DNA from: Octopus bimaculoides
Lineage: Eukaryota
DNA: 64,000 nt
Direction: 5' to 3'
NCBI RefSeq assembly: GCF_001194135.2
Contig: NC_068982.1
Location: 60,609,149 to 60,673,148 of the forward strand
In this document: positions 52,891 through 64,000 of the stretch, piece after piece
How positions within the stretch are numbered: the stretch's first letter is position 1
Layout: every line of letters begins with the position of its first letter
Program-made: the position numbers and the translations under genes
Notes under the pieces: model-generated
The model's database searches: none
Told to the model about the DNA's origin: nothing
What the model saw: the letters and a program-made list of their open reading frames with translations, nothing else

Positions 52891-53859
52891 TGGTAAAAAC
52901 TCACCTTTGAATAAATGTATATAAGTATACATATGGATGTATGTATGTATGCATACGTTTGTATATGCACAAGTGTGTCTGTATTGTACCCATGTATGGA
53001 TGTATATATTGCATGTATAGTTAAGTGCTGGGCAACATACTTTGTGTAGTGAGCCAAAAAGAATTTTCAATCAATTGAAATTACACTTGTAATGAGAAGA
53101 AAAGTCACAATACTCACACACACACACATGTATATATAATGTACATTTTTTTTCATTACATTGTGTATGGATATAAGAATATTGATACATTTATCTACTT
53201 TTTTTTATTTATTGTTTTCAGTTTCTTTTTACTTAAGCAATAAAGATAACATGTTGAGATATTATGTACAAGGTGACCCTTACTTCCTTGAAGCATCTAC
53301 TTTAACTTTACCATTTTTGGTTTGTTGTGCTTCTTACTTAGCTCCTAAAATGTCAAAGACGATTGTGTTGATGATGAATGTTATGTGACATTTTTCAGAT
53401 ACATTGAGGATGGAAATGTGATATGGGCACAAAGACTGTGACTGCTTCCTTTCTGGCAAAGGAGACAGTTGGCTAAAGGAAGTTGGTTGGCCCCTTAAGA
53501 GTTTAAAGTTATATCCTCATGTCTTTGATCTGTATACACACTCTGCTTTCCTGTTAAAATACATGAAGAGGTGGTGGGGGGTATTATCTAGCATGAACTC
53601 CCTGTAACTGATTTTTCTGTGTATTTTCTGTAGTCCCTACTTCTTGCTTCTCTGTATGCAGGGAACTAAAGTAGTTGTTTTGAGTTTGTTTGTTTGTTTG
53701 TTTTTCTTAAGGATGGGAGTTGCTAATAAGTAAACCAAAAGATGATAATAGAAGTAGTGGTAGTTTTCATGTCCACTGCAAAAACATCTGGCACAGATAA
53801 AAATTAAATCTACAAAACAGCCTTCTATCTTATTACAAATAGCAGTCAAATTTCCCTCA

Positions 53860-54003
53860 AATTCATCCCATGGTCTCAAAAGAGGAAGAACGCACTAGAT
53901 GATGTAGTCTTCTTAGCTTGAGTCTGAGTAAATAAAGAACGGATGGCCATTGCTAGATCCTATATTTGCTGGATTAGGGCTGGACTATAGTTAAACAACA
54001 ACA
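53860..54003 (+). mobile_element. 3' part of SINE family 4 with (AAC)n tail
   Basis: ggatggccattgctagatcc..gattagggctggactatagttaaacaacaacaa resembles the reverse complement of 61541-61640. Confidence 0.45.
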
Positions 54004-54311
54004 ATAAATCTGTATAGAAAATAACATTATAGCTGAGATTATCATTTTCATCTTTTTATTTCTATAACATCTATAAATAACCCATGAGAAAAACTAATTG
54101 GTTAAATCTTTAAAAAGGAATCTTTAGCATTGCATGTTTCCATGCAACAAACTTTATTTCTCTCATTGTAATTCCTTCAACCCACCCACCTCATCCCACT
54201 TTACTATCTTTTCTTGTTTCTGTGAATTTTTTTTTTCTCCCTTCATGCTCCATATAGAATTGAGAAGAAAATAGGCAGGCAGGAGGGATGTGTATATACG
54301 TGTGTGTGTGT

Positions 54312-54605
54312 GAAGGTATGTGGCCTAATGGTTATGGTGTTGCACTCACAATCCTTAGAACATGGGTTCAGTTCCTGAACCAAGTGTGCATTGTATTCTT
54401 GAGCAAACACTTCATATGATGTTACTCCAGTCTGCTCAGCTGTAAATGGGTAACCCTGTGGTGGACTAGCTCTCCAATCAGAGGGAATGTTGACCTACTT
54501 GCCTAGCTAGCAGGGTAGCATCATTCAAAAGATAAAACAATGCAAAGTGCTTTGTGACCAGCAATATAACAACATCCTGTAATCTGGTCAATCATGTGAT
54601 CACAG
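54312..54605 (+). mobile_element. tRNA-derived SINE, family 5, with CORE-like and V-domain-like segments
   Basis: A box TGGCCTAATGG 54321-31, B box GGTTCAGTTCC 54365-75, then tcttgagcaaacactt..cagctgtaaatgggta and ccctgtggtggactagctctccaatcagaggg. Confidence 0.65.
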
Positions 54606-54948
54606 TCACCATATTTTATTCCATAATGGCTACCTCTGATGAGCACAGGGTTATATAATCAGATTGTTATCTAACACACTGTTGAATCCTTAGCGTAAAG
54701 TCAATTGGTAAGATCGGCCATAATGGATATATAATACTGTACACTTCGAATAATATATACAAACATACACATACATGCACACAATACACAATACATACAT
54801 GCCCCAATTAAATAACACAAACACACGTAAAAGTACTTATGTAATCATTGTGATGAAACTTAACTATATAACATATACATTACAATATATACCACACATT
54901 AAATTTTAAACATAAAATTTTGGGGTTTGTTTCCTTCTTTTTTGTACA

Positions 54949-54952
<4 letters not shown>

Positions 54953-55016
<64 letters not shown>
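54953..55016. repeat. (TA)n microsatellite
   Basis: Directly visible. Confidence 0.95.
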
Positions 55017-55022
<6 letters not shown>

Positions 55023-58000
55023 GAACTCTTGTTGGATATTTGAGAAAATGTTTATAACTGAATGTTATAAAAGCTTACAAATTCACCTTTAAAAATTCAT
55101 CCCATACTTATCGCCCCTGTACTTGATGTAGTTTGCTTGTGTTTTACAAAGGCAGACAGCCAGTGAATTATTTAATTGTCTTGCAGTAAAATCTCCAAAC
55201 ATTTGTAATATTCAAGTATTCAGAATAAGTGACTCTGCTCACTTGTTCGCAATTATATCCAAGTAAATATTAAATATAAAATGGGATTCATCTTCCTCTG
55301 ATCTAGAGTTTGTAATAGTATTTTAAAACAGTCAATAGGATTATATTCTTTGTTATAGCTAAAACTAAAACCAAAAAGCAAAAAATTCTAAGAATACTAG
55401 AATTAGATCTAAAATAGGTTAGTATTCAGCTTCTAACATAGATATACTGTTATTTAGATTGTCATTGCTTCATGATAAGATCAAATAGGAAAATTATTTT
55501 CATTCTTGGCTGAAATTCAAAGTGGAGCTGTTGGCTTCTCTAAAAGTTAGCATTTTGATGCTAATAGTTTTGATGGATTTTGTTTGCATTTTTCATGTAG
55601 AATTTTATTAGAATTTCAAATTTAATATAAGACTATTGTACAGATAATTTTATATATTCCTGCATAAAACCAGAAAAGTTTTGTATCCATCTTATTGAAA
55701 TTTTTCCTATGTATATCTGGTAAGTACTTGCCAATTGTGTTAATTCTATGGTAGTGTTGTTTATATGGGACGACAAGATTTTGATTTCCGGTTAAAGTAA
55801 CTCCACTTTATTCTCTTTAAAAATCCCCATGCTGACCTTTTAAATCTTGTCTCAAATTTATTTGCTTTAAATTGATAAAGACACAAACTTAAGACATTGT
55901 AGCATGTCTCATCATCTAGCATACCCTAGTATTGAGGACTGCTGACACTTTGCATTTGCAAGATTTGGGGTTAATAATATGCAAGGTGCCACTCTGCAAC
56001 AGACACAACATGCCATCTGCTCTAAGTATCAAACTTTATGATTCTCAAGTCAAACATCAATGTATCTTTGTTGGAACAAACCCAGGCCTCAGTACTGATC
56101 AAAATTTTTGTCTAAACGAAATGAAATTGTCGACTAAGATTGGCATTCTTCTCAATAGGGACTTGTTCTCTTTTATAGTTTTTATTTGTCCTTTTATTTC
56201 CTTTATTCTACTTCTCTGTTCTGAATGGGTGAAGGATGAGGTAGACAATTAATCTTGTTTGTTCTGGACCTATGTTTTTTCCATATAAAGATAGTATTAT
56301 CAGTGAGGCTTCTTGCTAAGGTAGTATAATCAGTTCTATAAATTATATATAAATATAATAATGTAAATCTCAGTATATACATACATATACATCTGTACAC
56401 ATATACCTGTGTTTGTACTGTTTATTTAATTAAGCACAATGATGATAGTCATAACAAGAACTTATTATTCGCCATGGCACCTAGTTATTTCAATGACATC
56501 TGATAGCATTTTGTTCATTGAACTCTTCACTTTATACTTGTAGAAAGCTTTCACTAGAAACCTTTCTTCTGTCTCTTTATTACATTATTAATTTATTTAT
56601 AGATTTTTCTTCTGTCTACTTCAGTTTGGTTTTTAGTTTTTGTCTGTTGTTTATTTGCTTTTATTTTAATCACCAAACCTCTTGAAAAGCTCTTCTACGA
56701 AATGATAAAGTTAGAAACAGCAATAATGACATGTTTTAGTGTATTCAATATATAACTTTGGTTAGCTGGTTATGTCTGTGTGCTTTGTGTATGTGTATGT
56801 ATGAAAGAGAGACAGACAGACAGTCAGCTGACAGACAGATAGAGTAATTTTGTGCATGGATGTTTCACAGTACAAAATAATCTGGTAGAATATTTTATCT
56901 TATTCCTTGGAATAGCAATTCACACATGCATGTATAAAACACACACACATACTCACTCACATGTGCATGTATGCATGTACATTTACACACCATACTTTTG
57001 CAATATTATTAACTACTCTTCTTTTATTATTGAACATATCACTAAGATTTAAATATTCTACAAAAATATTATACACATGTACAGTGGTAAATGTCAAATA
57101 TTTCACTATTTCACTAATTTTTTGTAATTGGATTTCTATGAAAAATTTACCTTTAATAACAATTTTCTTAAGGTTATCATTGGGCATATTTGTCTCAATA
57201 CTTAAGACATTAAAAGTTAATGTCTGACCTAAAGACAACTTAGAATTAGTAGTAGGGATTATGTATTTAACTTAGCTTATCCAACTTCTACTCTGATAGA
57301 ATGGTGTAAATATACTGCAATATGCTTAATTGACTCACATAGCTTCTATAAAATTAATTCTCCTCCCATGTCTGAAAATTCATTTTAAATAGATTAAAAT
57401 CTTTTCAGGGCATTCCACCCTCTTGATGTTTACTCAGGCTTATTTCACTTAGATATCCTCAAGAAAAGTAACTGCAAATTCCTCAATAATATGTGTCAAT
57501 TTTATAATTTGCCTCTTCATTAAAATAATTACAGAGGAAAGACATATCTTAAATGTATCTGGGTGTCAAGGCTTATTTAATTCCTTTTAATGCTAGTTCT
57601 ATTCTGTTTACTGTTACTACTCAAATGTAATATATCAATCTAATATGAGTAAATAACATCACCAATAAACACCAAAAAGCTGAGGATGTAAGCAGTGGCC
57701 TGCATTGACGAAAGGTAATTCAACAAAAGTCAGAAGTGGCATTGGTGCTGTGAGGAGACAATATCTAATGTTTCAGACAATGCCCTCTCCATTGATAACT
57801 GGAGAAGAAACATCAGAAACTAATGGCTAAATTTTTTTAAATAAAACAGGACCAAAAAATAAAATTGCAGTGGGCTACAGTCTTATTTGGTTAAATTTCT
57901 TTCAAAATTAAAGACTAATGCAAGCACTTGTCAATTCTTAAATATACGTGTTAGAACTACAAAAATATGCTTCAAATCATGTGGGCTTGATTCATGAAAA

Positions 58001-60440
58001 GATGAAGATTTCATTTCAAATTTTAACAACAGTTTGGATAAAATCTTAAAGAATATATTAATAAAATTATAGTTTATGGAACCACCAAATATAATATTAT
58101 ATACATATTTAATATTATTTTGATGAAAAAATATCAGTTGTCACAAGATTATCACTTTACAGACTTTTAACCTGATGCTTAGAGAGTACATATCTGTATG
58201 TCTACATTTTGTTTCAATTGGTAAGATCTCCTAATCATCATGTGGATTTAAAGGAATAGGAGACCTGATAATCTGAGACTGAACTGATTAAAATGCAGTC
58301 TCGATATAAATATTGTAAATAAACACTTTAGATTATAATTTTAACAACAAAAATTCATGTCAGACATGTTGATGCTTATTCAGTCTGGTCTATTTCATTA
58401 TATTATTTAGTTAAATTTTCCTTCATTTCAAATCACTTTCTATCAAATCTATTTGAAACAATATTCTCCATCATACTCAATTTCTTAAATATTTTCATTA
58501 AAGAAAGTATATAAATACATTCACTAAATACAAACTGATAACAACATAGTGATTTACCCAATAACTTTCACATATTTCTTAATCTAGAGCTAACAACATT
58601 GAAATATTTGTGTATTACGTCAGATCAACTGTGCATGATTATTTTCAAAAAATATGTCTTAAATCTCAGTATCTTTACAGATGAAATTTGTATAAGTAAA
58701 AACAAATTGTGTTTCTAAACAATTAGTTTAGTGTACATATTTTCTTAGATATTTTGTTTACTTAAGTACTATACTACATTTTGAAAATCTCTATCTATGA
58801 GCTGAAAGTGAAAATTGTTGCTTCCCTCTAATAAAAACAAAAATATCACTGATCTGCTTTTCTGTTCAACTCATACTGAAACATTTTCCGAATCAATATA
58901 TTTGAATTTCTATTTATTTTTAATGTGTATTTTCTATAAATGGAAATTCTGAAAATTGTCAATTACCAACTTGGAGGTATTAACATTGGGTAGAACAGCG
59001 ATGACAGGGAAATAGAATATTGCCATATTTCATATTGAGATAAATCCATTGTATTGAACTGAGTAGATATGTATATCAGTCATTATTGATATAGACACCA
59101 AATAGCAAGTTGCTCAGAAGACAGATAAACCAATCAAATTTGGTTGTTTTTCACTTAACATAAAGCTTTAATAAATTTATTTTAATTGGTTATGTTGAGT
59201 GAAATAAAAAAAATATTTTATTCCATCCAACTACTACTAAGAATATTGATATGTTAAATCAATCAATATCTTGAAATTAGCTGTATGGGAATAAAGCTCT
59301 GTTGAATTATTGATACTATAAATCACATACATATACACATATCTATACATCGTTTATTTGCTTGCTTCTTGAATGAAAATGCCTACATTGATTTTCAGGA
59401 TTAATGAGAGGACATTGTACAAAATGTTAACATTTACAGATGGAGTGAGGATTTTTTTTTACAAGTTTTGATAATCACTAAATTTAGTTGTAAGATTTTT
59501 CCCTCTGACTTCAAGAATTCTGGAATGAAACAAATATTGTTTTAATTGTATATAGCATTCTTTTGTTTAATTTACTTGAGTACTATGCAAATATGAATGT
59601 GTAGTATAAATGTTCATTGTATAAATTTTATGATTGCTAACTATAGTTTTAGAAAGAACAAGGAAAATTTTATCTACAAGCTAGCTTACTTTTTTATTTA
59701 TTTATTCTAATCCATTAACACTGTGCTTACTACATATGAATAAAAGAAATGTTCTAAATATTTTTTAGAATCAAGTCTAAAAAACAACTATGTAATTCAT
59801 TGTTATTATTCTTTATATGATTCTGATGTGCAATGTGTATATACACACATATCTTTGTCCACTCACGAATATATATTTGGACATGTTATTTTTCAATTAC
59901 AGCTTACCAAAAATTTGCCTTTCGTTAAACTATAGAATTTAATTTACATAACAATGCCTATACACCAGTAAAGGACTCAGTATTTATTTCCATAACTAAT
60001 TCCATCATAAAAACGTGTCAAAAATAAGAATCTTTAATTAAATTCTATTTTGAAAAGTTTCCTTTCTTGTCTCTTATATCAGTTCTTGGGTTTTCGGAAA
60101 TGAATTCAATAAAATTAAATGAAACTTGGAGACAACTGCTGTCATTTAATGGAAATTAGATTTTGTAGGGAAGGGAGAATACTTTATTTCAAATGTCTTC
60201 AAACGGAAAAGCTCAGTTTAAATATATATAAGTTTTTAGAATATCTATTTTACATCTGGGCCTTTAGCTGACTGATTTTCCTCTTCTTTCTGTGTAATGT
60301 TGTTATTTTCCCTGAACCAATGACTTTTCTCTTTACTTACAATATATTTTCAAGACCTAACATTCTTATTATCTTTACAAAAATATTTCTTTCATATTTT
60401 TCATGTTTTACTTATGGTACTTTTATTTTTTTATTTGCAG

Positions 60441-60679
60441 CACTAGACAAACTTGGATATCAGCATATTTTCCACATGGGTATGCAGGTAGAAATAGTTC
60501 AGCCAAATATAGTGTTTGATATTGCCAGTTTAATGCTCTATGGTGCACAGGCAACACCGATTCGCCTCAAGATCCTGTTGGATCGACTTTTTAGTGTCCT
60601 GCAGCATGAGGAGGTGCTTCAGGTGCTGCATGGATTCGGATGGTCCTATGAAGATTATGCTCGAGGATATATCCTCCAG
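60441..60679 (+). CDS. BNC2: Basonuclin/disco-family gene, internal coding exon B
   Basis: Acceptor ttttattttttatttgcag (AG 60439-60440) and donor CAG|gttagt (GT 60680-60681). Joined to exon A (G+CA=Ala) it reads [80 protein letters not shown], closely resembling BNC1/BNC2 [38 protein letters not shown]...RGYILQ. Lies inside track ORF 60320-60769. Confidence 0.95.
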
Positions 60680-60761
60680 GTTAGTTTTTTTTTTCTTTTC
60701 TTTTTTTGTTTCTTTAATTATTATTGTCAGTGTTGCATCTGTATAATTTTCATTTATATAA

Positions 60762-60952
60762 CCCTTTAGCATTTAAACTGGCTGTATCTGGCCGAAATAT
60801 TCTACTTGTTTTATGTTCAAATTGGCGAAATCCAGCTTCTCACACCTACCCTACAATGTCATTGTAAAAATAAATGATCACATCATTAATATTTCAAAGT
60901 AATGAGATAATGAGTGATTAATTGACACCAAAGTTATCTGAATGCTAAAGGG
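60762..60952. mobile_element. piggyBac-type MITE
   Basis: Perfect 12-bp TIR CCCTTTAGCATT (60762-73) / AATGCTAAAGGG (60941-52), flanked by ATAA and GTAA (eroded TTAA); 191 bp, non-coding. Confidence 0.75.
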
Positions 60953-61276
60953 GTAAACTTCAATTAAAATGAAAAAAAAGATTTCAATATGCTTCTCAAC
61001 TTTAGACATTTTCTTAATCCTTGATTTTTTTAATATTTATCTATACACATATCAGACAGCTTCATTAAGTATTTTATAGCAATGAAATTTTAACCTTTTT
61101 ATCTTTCATTTCTATTGATATGACTATTTGTCCTTAGGTGTTTCTTACAAAATAGTCATCAGTGCAACAATACACTTATCACCTCCTACTTACTAATGTT
61201 GTTCAGATCATCCACTATTCTATGGAGTGTATCTAGACAATACACTTCATAGAATAATTCAGTTATTTAGCTCTAG

Positions 61277-61735
61277 TCAAAGGCATTCCAGCCATGACTA
61301 TCCTATCCCATCCTATCTTTTTCAGATATAATGTATCTAGGGCTCTATCATTTGATATATTCTTTGTTTTATGAGACAGTAGGCAATGATTTGGTTATTT
61401 GCGGGAGATTTGGCTGCCATTTCTAGGCTCCCTTATTAGCTCATTTCAGTTTTACTTCTTATTTGTTGCTATTTCACTTTATCTGCATGACTAACATACT
61501 TAAGAAAGACATAAATATCTTTACATCCAGTTACCGGCACAAGTTGCTGTTTAGCCCCAGGTTAGCCTTGACCAATCTGATCTAAAATCAAAGGTGTTCT
61601 AGCTATGACTAAATCATCCTTCTTTTATAATCTAGGACAATATTATGTTCCCTCTTCCTCTTCAAGGTGACATGGTCTAATTGCACGAAATTTAGCTGCC
61701 ATTTCCAGCAGATTGAATGACCATGTAGAAGCTCT
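61277..61735 (-). mobile_element. Two tandem antisense remnants of SINE family 4 (about 61277-61435 and 61541-61735)
   Basis: Both contain tcaaagg(c/t)(a/g)ttc(c/t)agc(c/t)atgacta..atcc and attt(g/a)gctgccatttc; a related motif lies near 3490-3580. Confidence 0.6.
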
Positions 61736-62519
61736 GACATTCTTTTTTCTTCCTCAAGTGAATTCTTTAGGTGTAATTACTCATCATCCATATTGATGGT
61801 TACAAATAATAAAGCAGAAGCATATTTATTGACTGACTGTTCATTTCACTTGTGTGTGAAATAGGTATTATTTTTTTATATTTAGCAACATTTTATTTGT
61901 TACAACAATTACATAAATTATCCCTCACAACAAATATCTAATTATGCCTCTATATAGATAAGAAAATATAAAAAGAAAGGAAATAGTTTTATTTGAACAT
62001 TAATCTCATAATCCCTGATCAGTTTTGGTGGAGAGATCTGTAATGGCCACGGTCTCTGCTCCTTCCTCTGAACAATAAAAAAAATGCTATTAAATAACAT
62101 TTCAGTATTATTTTACAAATAATAATAGATAATGCCTTGTGTAACAAAAGGCATAAAACTTATCATATATCTGAAGTGGAGCCCCTAAGATGTTCTGATA
62201 TTTGATTTGACACTCTACTGGCAATTCTTTTAATCAAATTGATGTCAAATATACTGCTCTAAATTCCTTTGGAACACACGTACAAGGTGAAAAGAAGATT
62301 CTGGTATCTTGGTAACTCAAGATCTTCATAGATTCTACCTCGTCTTGCATTATGGACTGGTTATTTCAGTCTTATTTTGAGATGCAGCTTAAATCCTAAC
62401 TGAACAATGATGCAAGACTACTTTGCCCCACCAAGTCAGGTAGATGCCAAGGAGATAGATTATAATTTGTTAAATTAATAGGAGAAACAGCTTTGAAGTA
62501 ATCATACAGCAACCATATA

Positions 62520-62645
62520 GTGATTGACAGGGTTATTAGAGCATTGGATAGACTACCATTCTGACTCTGTGCTCTGAGTTCAAATACTGCCATGATCAAA
62601 TTTTCCTTTCATCTTTTTACAGTTAATAAAAAAAATGTACTTATA
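62520..62645 (+). mobile_element. SINE family 1 remnant
   Basis: ctctgagttcaaatactgccatgatcaaattttcctttcatc..ttaataaaaaaaatgtac. Confidence 0.55.
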
Positions 62646-63129
62646 CTGTAATGGACAAAATCAGTTGTGATAAGACACGGAGAGGGATAGGCTCCATTTG
62701 ATCTAAAAATACCTAAAGCACAATGTGTGTCACAGTGGTGCCCCTAACACACCATGAGGAATTGAGCATCCAAGAAAGGATCTTATTACTATCATTGTGC
62801 CATGCCTTTGAGCACTGGCTCCGGGTTGTCTCACTAAACAAAAACATGCACCACTCCCTACTTCACATTTGAGTGGTTAGTAATAGGTGCCAACAAATAA
62901 ACAATCACTCATTAATGTGGTATGAAAGAAAAATGACATAAAATGTTAAATCAAAAGAAAAGGTGTGTGATCAGCTTCACAAAGAGAAAAATAATTACTA
63001 AAGCTTGAGAATTCTCTTTCATATATTTTATCTTACCTTTCTTCTAGTCAAAGAAAGATAAACTGAAGTTCCACTCAGTCTCTGAGTCAAACTATATCCA
63101 TCAATATTGAAAGCTGACTCACAGCACAG

Positions 63130-63135
63130 CACACA

Positions 63136-63208
<73 letters not shown>

Positions 63209-63210
63209 CA
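63130..63210. repeat. (CA)n microsatellite (another at about 63600-63650)
   Basis: Directly visible. Confidence 0.95.
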
Positions 63211-63606
63211 CATATATATCAGTAGAGAAGAATATAAGTGAAGCAAAATAATATTTATATAAAGACTAGTAAATTAGATTACCAAAATAAATAAATGAAT
63301 AAAAATATAAGAAAGAAAAACTTTACTAATAGGATTTGGAATAAGTTTGAATAGTTATATTTCTATGCTTTACTGACTGAAGTTGGAATATTTTCATTCA
63401 AAAATCAATCATTTTCTACATTCAAAATTCTATGAGCTATGCAAAAGGTTCATGGTTTATTGATTTACTTCTCTTCCATCATCTAATCTTTCAACTCTTT
63501 TCAATAGATATTACTTAATTGATAATTATAAATAATGGCTTTGCTTAAAAATCTGTTAAAAGATAAAGGGATAAAAAAATAATGTATGCACACACAAACA
63601 CACTCA

Positions 63607-63653
<47 letters not shown>

Positions 63654-64000
63654 CTGATAGTTTTGTGCTTGAGATACATTTTACTCCACCTTTTATTAAA
63701 AATGAAAATAAATGTTCACCTAATGTATTTGAACTAATTCTGGTTCATTAATACCCGTATAGTTATTTTTAATATTCATAATTTCATAGAACTAACACTC
63801 TTCTTTATTAACAAAATATTAATCTTGCTGAAAATAACAGTAAATTTTCTGGTAATATACCATAGAAATACTCCATTCTCAAACAGGAATTCTGGTTGAT
63901 ATTTCCAGAGATTATTCAAAAACATATGTTCCTTGGAGCCTCTACCGTCTTACTTAATGTATGGATTAAAAGATATTTCCACCAAAATACCACCTAGTAT

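Noticed and set aside
57679-57722. CTGAGGA..stem II..GAAA-GGTAATTC hammerhead-like core
   Set aside because: Core and a bulged stem II are present, but no stem I pairing exists in type I or type III arrangement.
60320-60769. Whole 149-aa track ORF as a single-exon gene
   Set aside because: Only 60441-60679 is family-like and bounded by splice sites; the flanks are intronic low-complexity sequence.
62660-62900. GC-richer stretch, possibly a LINE fragment or exon
   Set aside because: No convincing protein motif or splice signals could be read.
60700-64000. Next basonuclin exon (expected to begin D..G.VLD.W)
   Set aside because: No matching reading frame with a splice acceptor was found; it probably lies beyond the window.

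Overview
AT-rich eukaryotic DNA, dense in microsatellites, with six N-gaps. The SINE families and repeat landscape look like an Octopus (coleoid cephalopod) genome; this is an inference. The only protein-coding gene I can support is a basonuclin (BNC1/BNC2; disco/disco-r family) zinc-finger transcription-factor homologue on the + strand. Two coding exons are visible, 11759-11861 (103 nt) and 60441-60679 (239 nt), joined in frame across a 48,579-nt GT-AG intron. They encode the conserved N-terminal Cys/His domain. The start-codon exon and the C2H2 zinc-finger exons were not found in the window. The rest is intronic or upstream sequence with tRNA-derived SINEs of several families, decayed non-LTR retrotransposons (R4/Dong-like REL type and RTE type), a mariner remnant and two TTAA piggyBac-type MITEs. 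The most unusual signal is a type I minimal hammerhead-ribozyme fold at 20650-20696 (- strand) inside a Penelope-like inverted-repeat composite. Its core carries the compensatory G3:C8 swap, and this copy also has a G12A lesion. A second hammerhead-like fold with a canonical core lies at 17225-17308 on the pre-mRNA strand. Almost all ORFs in the supplied track are microsatellite or chance ORFs. All structure and family calls were made by eye, without database searches.
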